Assembly (NCBI RefSeq): GCF_011386835.1 | Contig: NC_088792.1 | Location: 287,060,001 to 287,124,000, forward strand | Direction of reading: 5' to 3' | DNA from: Chrysemys picta bellii | Taxonomy: Eukaryota | DNA: 64,000 bases | In this document: positions 57,801 through 64,000 of the stretch, in pieces | How the letters are laid out: each line of letters begins with the position of its first letter | How positions within the stretch are numbered: the stretch's first letter is position 1 | The notes under the pieces: generated by a model | Databases searched by the model: none | The model's input: the letters and a program-made list of their open reading frames with translations, nothing else | What the model was told of the DNA's origin: nothing | Position numbers and translations under genes: made by a program

Positions 57801-60800
57801 GGAGGCTGGAGATCACTGTCTCTAGGTCACGGTGAGCTAAAATGGACACTGCCTCCACCAGGAACTGCCTCAAGCCGCCCTCCTGGATAGCAGGCATGTG
57901 GCTATATATTATAACCAGGATATCTGGCACCTGGAAGGAACAAAACCAGAAAGAAATGTCCCTTTTTCTTTCTCTCCATTCATTCTACAGAATCAAAACC
58001 TTTATTTAACCATTTAGCCAGTTGCTGCTTTTTTAGAAATTCTTCACTTCAAGAAACAAATGTTCAAATATGTCTGCATAAATTTAACCCACAAAAATTG
58101 CCCACGCTTGGCTGTAAAAACTAACACTGACACACACATATACATACCAGGTAATGTAATGTGGTGGTGCCCAGCTATGCATGAAATAAACCAGTTCGCA
58201 TGCACAAAAGAAGGCTTTACTTGCCCACATTTTGCAGGTGTGATTTAAGCAGCCAAATCTGACCATTTGCCTGGAAGAATGTGGAGTTCATAAACAACCA
58301 CAAGCACAAAATATGCAAGTGCTTTAAACACAGTGTGCAAATGCCTGGGACTATGAACAGGTGATGATCTCTTATATTCCCTCCTAGCCCTTCACATCTT
58401 CAAAACACTGTGCAAACATGGCAGTTCTGCTGTCCTGAGACCTTTCACCAGCCTTGTTAGAAGATTTGTGGAGTGCTCCTTTCATCTAGCCCTAACGCAC
58501 TGGGCTCCAGAATAAGGCATATAAATAGTGGATCCCAAAGACACTATAGTTTTCTCACTCCCTCCCCCCTTCTATTCTTAAAGGGTACGTCTACACAGCA
58601 AAAAAAATCCCACAGCAGTGTAAAAGTGTAGCTGTTCCTGGTTGGGCTGGAGCCCAGGCTCTGAAACCTGGCAAGAGGGTGGGTCTCAGAGCCCAGGCTC
58701 CAGACTGACTGGGAATGACTACAGTGCTATTTTTATCCAGGTAGCCCTTAGCCATAGGCCTCCTAATAACTGGATGATTCCAAGTGCCAGTCATTCTGTC
58801 TTGTTGTATCTTCCCCAGAGTCTGTTTTTTCAAGCCTTTCTTGGCTGAATACTGTGGCAACAAGCTAGACAAATAAATAACCAACCATCTTCCTTTTCCC
58901 TTGGATTATCTCTGTCTACTGCGATTGATTCTGCCATTGCCTCTCTTAGGGTAGGAACAGAGATGGAATCGACTCTATGTCCGAGGGGGAGAAACAGCAA
59001 GATTTTTGTTCATTACACATAAGGGCAAAGATCTAAAAGCCTAGAATTTAGGCAGAAAACCTCTCCAGTTTCCCGTTTTACCTTGTCCAGCATGGCATCT
59101 CCACACTCCTTCAGGATGATCTTCATCCACAGTCCAGCTGCCGTGGCACAGGTGGGGCTGGCAGACAGCATACCACCCAATGTGGCCTTAATAAAGTCTG
59201 TGGCCTGTTCTGAGGGAAAGTACTCACTCACAACCTGGGAACAAATCAAAAACAGGAGAGACTGCAATGATGTCTGGCTTTTTAAAAACGGAGGCCTAAT
59301 CTCTCTATGAAAAGATATATGCATCAACAAATTGTTAATTAGCCTCGTGTCTAGCGAGCCATTTGGGATTACAATTCTCTCTACAGTCTATAGACGACAT
59401 TTTGGTATTCTTCACTAATGACATCAGGTTAGAGGCAAAGCCTCTGTTGCACAGTTAGCACAACATTGTACTGGATATGCAGGAGGTAAGTTTCCAGTTT
59501 GTATTCTCTGATATACACTGCATCTTTTTACAACGTATAAAATGAAGTAAAGAGAGGCATGCCCACAAATATAGGCGAAGGCAAACCCACAAAGTGACAG
59601 AATGAAGACTGGGTGGTTTCTCAGCTTGATGTTCCACTAACACAGTGTTTTCTCGTGGATGGCTGGATAGGTACATGTGTGCGTAGCTGCGTGCGTATTT
59701 TCGTGTGCGTGCAACATTCTGTGGAATCTGGTTTTTACATGGCATTCATAGCACACGTCTATGAAAAGCATCTTGCTGGTTACTAGCAATGAATGCCCCG
59801 CTCCCACAGCTCACCCCAAGTACGGAAAGGCATCAGAAAACCGTAAATGTAAAATGAATAGTGCTCCGTCACTAGAACATCCGCACAAGCTTTTTGAGTC
59901 AGTTACCCTGGCCATTTTGGAAGATGCCTGAAACAGAGCCTCAGGGTCTGGAGCTGTTAGTGCTTCACGGAGACATCTCAGCTCCTCCGCCGCTGACCCC
60001 AGGTTCATGGACTGGCCTGGAGTGGAGAAAAGCAGAAAAAGTACTGTAACGATTAATGAAACGGAACCTCGATTGCATGGATATTCATACAGAAGGATCC
60101 ATGTTCTATGCTGTTATCAGAATAGTGCAAAATCTTGGCCACATCAAAGTCAATGGCAAAACTCCTGTTGACTGTAATGGAGTCGGGATTACACCCTAAA
60201 TGTCTGAAAGTTAATAGCAGTGGTATGTTATTGTGAATGATACAGGATTGAACAAGCACTGTATTCAGCTTGGAGCAGCTTTCTGGGTGTGTCTGGTTTC
60301 AGTAGCCTCTCTGCTCTCAGTATTTAAATCTAATCTCATAGTCAAGTACAAGTCATGCAGATAGATCTCAGGTTCCAATGTAGAGGTGAATCCCTCCACC
60401 AAACTCTCATTGTAAAAGAGATGGGGCTGGACAAAAACTTCGGCAGGAAACCCAGGTTCATCAGTCACTTCTAAACAATGCTGGGATTTCTATCTTGTAC
60501 ATGCAAAGATTGGAGTCCCTTCTTCTGTTTCTGAATCACCAACACTGTTTTTTAGGACTGATTAATAATAATTGGAAATAAGGTGACCAGATGTCCCGAT
60601 TTTATAGGGATAGTCCCGATTTGGGGGGTCTTTTTCTTATATAGACTCCTATTACCCCCTACCCCCTGTCCCGAGTTTTCACATTTGCTGTTTGGTCACC
60701 CTAATTGGAAATGGCCTTAAACGATAACCAAGCCCTATCCCTTTACATCTAACCATTAGGTGAAAAGAATATCCTACTCTTTCACAGAGGGGAAAATGGC

Positions 60801-61604
60801 CTACACTTACTCCAGTAGCTTTGAATGCTCATGACAGAGGGCTGCTGGAAGAACTTTTTGTTTAAAGAATTATTCCAGGAAACCCCTCCAATACAGCCAG
60901 TGGCAGGGTAAAGAGAATGAAAATGTTTAGTACCAAGGGCTTGTCTACATGGAGATAGTCAAGAAAACTAACCCAAATTCATTTTCAAAATGCATTAGTT
61001 AAACTTCATTAAACACCTATGGGGACACACTTATTTAGAATTAAAGGGGCCTTATTTCAGGTTAGTTTAATTCATGTAATTCACTAAAATTAATAAGGGC
61101 CATTTTAATTCAGAATCAGATTATCCACACATGTGTTTAATGCCACTTTAAATTTACACCTTTAGTTCATTTGGATTAACTTCCCTTAGTGTCCCTGTGT
61201 AGACAAGCCCTAAGGAATTTAGCAGTCATCTACCTGTATGCAGACCATTTATTATTTGTACAGTTCCCAAAAGTGTGCTAGGCTCTTTACACATCATAAT
61301 CTTCTCTTCTAATGAGGTATTTACAAGATGCCCCCCATTCTGTTATCTAAGTGCCAACAGACAGGACAGAAAGAACTAGACAGGCAGAAAAATGAACATT
61401 ACAACAGTGAAAGAAGGTGAAGAGTTACTTATACCTGCTAATGGTGAAGAATTCCTTATACCTGCTAATGGTCTCCTCACCTTGTATACAGAGAAGGCAG
61501 CTGATACAGTCAACCACCCACTGACGGGACGTGGCCAGTGAATCACAGCTGTATGGTGCTATTAGTCCAATCAGAGATCCAAACCGATTAAAAGTTTCCC
61601 GAGT
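45875..61604 (-). CDS. Maestro heat-like repeat (MROH) family gene, 15 exons traced, 5' end not found
   Basis: GT-AG exons 61604-61481, 60016-59907, 59234-59082, 57930-57776, 55940-55778, 55324-55131, 53707-53570, 53361-53250, 51547-51401, 50235-50053, 49143-48988, 48484-48350, 48074-47972, 46870-46805 and 45972-45875 join in one frame (2037 bp, 678 aa plus stop). Peptides such as VRQMAVRGLGNL, LLLHLQDPNP and LQKDPSPTVQ fit MROH HEAT repeats. The paralogue was not resolved. Confidence 0.85.
50440..51280 (-). mobile_element. CR1 LINE 3' fragment in an MROH intron
   Basis: Reverse-strand CR1 ORF2 end and 3' UTR (gggaccattgtgattatccggtctgacctcctgcataac...); decayed. Confidence 0.65.
54253..54975 (+). 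mobile_element. CR1 LINE 3' fragment
   Basis: ORF 54262..54609 [38 protein letters not shown] is the CR1 ORF2 C-terminus, followed by its 3' UTR. Confidence 0.9.
56305..56977. mobile_element. Solo LTR-like element with an internal 47-bp tandem duplication
   Basis: TG...CA ends and a duplicated ttggaggagttgaagcagagtggtttggtgttggagcagagagcagt at about 56500-56597. No target duplication recognised. Confidence 0.35.
57095..57240 (+). mobile_element. CR1 3' UTR fragment
   Basis: The stretch ggatactgggctagatggacctttggtctgacccagtgtggccgttcttatg is a typical CR1 tail. Confidence 0.65.
58582..58747. mobile_element. Degenerate Harbinger-type MITE
   Basis: Starts agggtacgtctacac after TAA and ends gtagccc before TTA; the right TIR is degraded. 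Confidence 0.45.
60579..60703. mobile_element. hAT (Tip100-like) MITE
   Basis: Termini taaggtgacca / tggtcacccta and a perfect 8-bp duplication ATTGGAAA (60571-60578, 60704-60711). Confidence 0.88.
60938..61210. mobile_element. Harbinger-type MITE
   Basis: Perfect 13-bp TIR GGGCTTGTCTACA; flanks CAA / TAA. Confidence 0.8.
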
Positions 61605-62199
61605 CTAATTACAAAAGAATGAAGAATGAACGTTCTCCAGCTGTACTAGACTTCACTTGCCATCCTTATTGTTGATACCAGTCAGCTCTGTGTTTTTGGG
61701 GAACCGGGGCGCAGTATCTTGCTTGTGTGACTCATGAAGGACACCCCTCACCCCCGTCTCTGTTTGAACCAAAACCGATCGGAGAAAAGGCTTGCAGAGA
61801 ACAATGAAGGGCATGGGGAGACACACCTAGACCCCTCCTGACAAGGGTGACAAGATTAAGACGTCTCCATTTTTGCATACAGAATGAAGAACAGAGACAA
61901 CTCCCCTAGCCTCATCTGCATTAAAGATGGGATAGGGATTAGCATAAAGAATGAGGAACAGGGAACCGCACTGAACTCTGGGACCAGAAAAGTGGGGATG
62001 CACTGCATCATGGGAATCCCTGCTCCAGATGCTAATGAACTTACACCTGCACACACCCAGCTCAGCAATTATCAGAGCAATTCTAGTAATAAATCTTTGA
62101 TTGATATCCCAAAATACTAAAGCAGCCTAGTTGCCTTGTGAGCTCCCTGGAAGAAAACAACACCCATAGCCAAGAGTGATCAGCTCCTATTGTCTAGCC

Positions 62200-62510
62200 C
62201 AGGGGTCGGCAACCTTTCAGAAGTGGTGTGCCGAGTCTTCATTTATTCACTCTCATTTAAGGTTTCACGTGCCAGTCATACATTTTAACGTTTTTAGAAG
62301 GTCTCTTTCTATAAGTCTATAATATATAACTAAACTATTGTTGTATGTAAAGTAAATAAGGTTTTTAAAACGTTTAAGAAGTTTCATTTATAATTAAATT
62401 AAAATGTAGAGCCTCCCGGACCGGTGGCCAGGACCCGGGCAGCGTGAGTGCCATTGAAAATCAGCTCGCGTGCCGCCTTTGGCACGCGTGCCATAGGTTC
62501 CCTACCCCTG
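62200..62510. mobile_element. Non-autonomous hAT element
   Basis: Termini caggggtcggcaacc / ggttccctacccctg and a duplication gtctagcc / gcctagcc (7/8). Homologous to 14660..15716. Confidence 0.82.
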
Positions 62511-63267
62511 GCCTAGCCTAAAGAAGATCCTTGAGCCATCAGTTTACCCATAAACAAATCTAGTGTTCTCCCTTGAGCCATTGTATTTTCCCTACAAAAC
62601 CCCCGACCTATGCCCAAGTAAGGGTTCTGATGTATAGACCCAAACTCTGCATCAGTTCCACTGGGATTCCATCTCCTGACTGATCGTGCTGGGAGCTCTG
62701 CCTGTCTCCAGCACTCAGGACCCTGAGCTACCACCATCACCTGGGAACCCCAACCAGTTCAAGCCTCATGGAGTGGGGGAGATCCCTCTCTCTCTCTCTC
62801 TGTTTTCTTTTCTACCTCAGGTATTAACCTTTAAAATGTAACTGTTCTGTTTGTTTAGCTCCTTGTGTAGTTATCACTATTATTCAATAAATAACTTTTA
62901 TGGTTCAGCTAGTTGCTTCTCTCTCTCTCTCTCTGAATTTTACTCTTTTGTGTTTTTAGCTTTCCCCATTTACTCTGCAGCAACACTTCTTGCACCTAAG
63001 CTAAAGATCCCTGCAGCGCCCAAAATACTGTGGGGTTTGCTCATCAAGTATGTTACTCCCAGTACAATTGTAATGTGAAAGTGTGATAGGGACGTGTTAA
63101 ACTTGGGGCACATAAGGGAGGAGCAGCTGAAAGTGCTGTTCAACCCAGCCTACGGAGACCAGGGGCACATAAGGGTACCAGCTTGAAAGTGCTGCTTAAC
63201 CCAGCCCACTGAATACAGGGACATATGAGGGGATCAGCTGGGGAGTGCTGATTGACTTGCTCTGCTA

Positions 63268-63294
63268 GTGTGTGTGTGTGTGTGTGTGTGTGTG
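63268..63294. repeat. (GT)n microsatellite
   Basis: About 13 uninterrupted GT units. Confidence 0.95.
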
Positions 63295-63529
63295 CGCATC
63301 TTCATCTAGTTCTAGTTATTAACCCTGGGGGACCTAGGTCCTGCAGGATCGCTCCATTGGGAGCTCCATTGGGAGGGGACTTGTAGAAAGAAGGAGTAGA
63401 GCTCCATATGAACTCACAAGTGACATAAGCAGCATATTAATAGAATTACAGAAAACTCCCCCTCCCCCAGAAGAGTAACCCTAATCAATGAGCCGACCCA
63501 AAGTGACGGGCAAATCTGATAACATTGTG

Positions 63530-64000
63530 CCTCTGATTCCTGTACTGAACTGGGGAATGCACATTGGAAAACATAATTCCAATTGTACATACAAATGGAT
63601 GGGGTCTAAATTAGCTGTTATCACTCAAGAAAGAGACCTCAGAGTCATTGTGTACAGTTCTCTGAAAGCATCTGCTCAAAAACCATAACAACATGTTAGG
63701 AACCATTAGGAAAGGGATTGATAATAAGACAGTAAATATCATTATGCCACTGTATAAATCTACATTACCCCCACACCTTGAATACTGTGTGCAGTTTTGG
63801 TCATCTCATCTCAAAAAAGATATGTTAGAATTGGAAGAAATCCAGAGAAGAGCAACAAAAATGATTAGGCGTATGGGACAACTTCTCGTACAAGGAGAGA
63901 TTAAAAAGACAGGGACTTTTCAGCTTGGAAAAGAGACGACTAAGAGGGAATATGATAGAGAACTATAAAATCATGACTGGTGTAGAGAAAGTCAATAAGG
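63530..64000 (+). mobile_element. CR1 LINE ORF2 fragment, decayed
   Basis: ORF 63693..63968 MLGTIRKGI..PLYKS...PHLEYCVQFWS.HLKKD..ELEEIQRRATKMIR. Confidence 0.85.

Noticed and set aside
60265-60468. 67-aa minus-strand ORF inside the MROH gene as an extra exon
   Set aside because: No convincing donor site, and the flanking exons (61481 and 60016) already join in frame.

Overview
Vertebrate genomic DNA, most likely from a turtle judging by the repeat families (Harbinger and hAT MITEs, CR1, Penelope-like and LTR fragments). The left two-thirds is a large inverted duplication: arm 1..12931 mirrors arm 17904..40200 (about 96-98% identical in spot alignments), with a 5 kb spacer, and the left arm runs off the window. 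At its centre are four intronless HSP30-type small heat-shock genes in two head-to-head pairs with HSE/TATA promoters; three are open and one has both a frameshift and a promoter deletion. A decayed, internally deleted Polinton/Maverick (33201..45841; AGTAG termini, GGAGTG target-site duplication; pPolB, ATPase, protease, major capsid, PZ-like, integrase N-terminus) sits 33 bp past the stop codon of an intact multi-exon MROH (maestro HEAT-repeat) gene on the minus strand (45875..61604, 5' end not found). An apparently intact autonomous Harbinger transposon (34769..39622) interrupts the Polinton polymerase in the right arm only. Besides its transposase and Myb/SANT genes it carries a third, antisense, BEN-domain-like ORF, which is the most novel-looking signal here. 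A two-exon PNPLA6 fragment is present in the right arm only. All alignments and domain calls were made by eye, without database searches.
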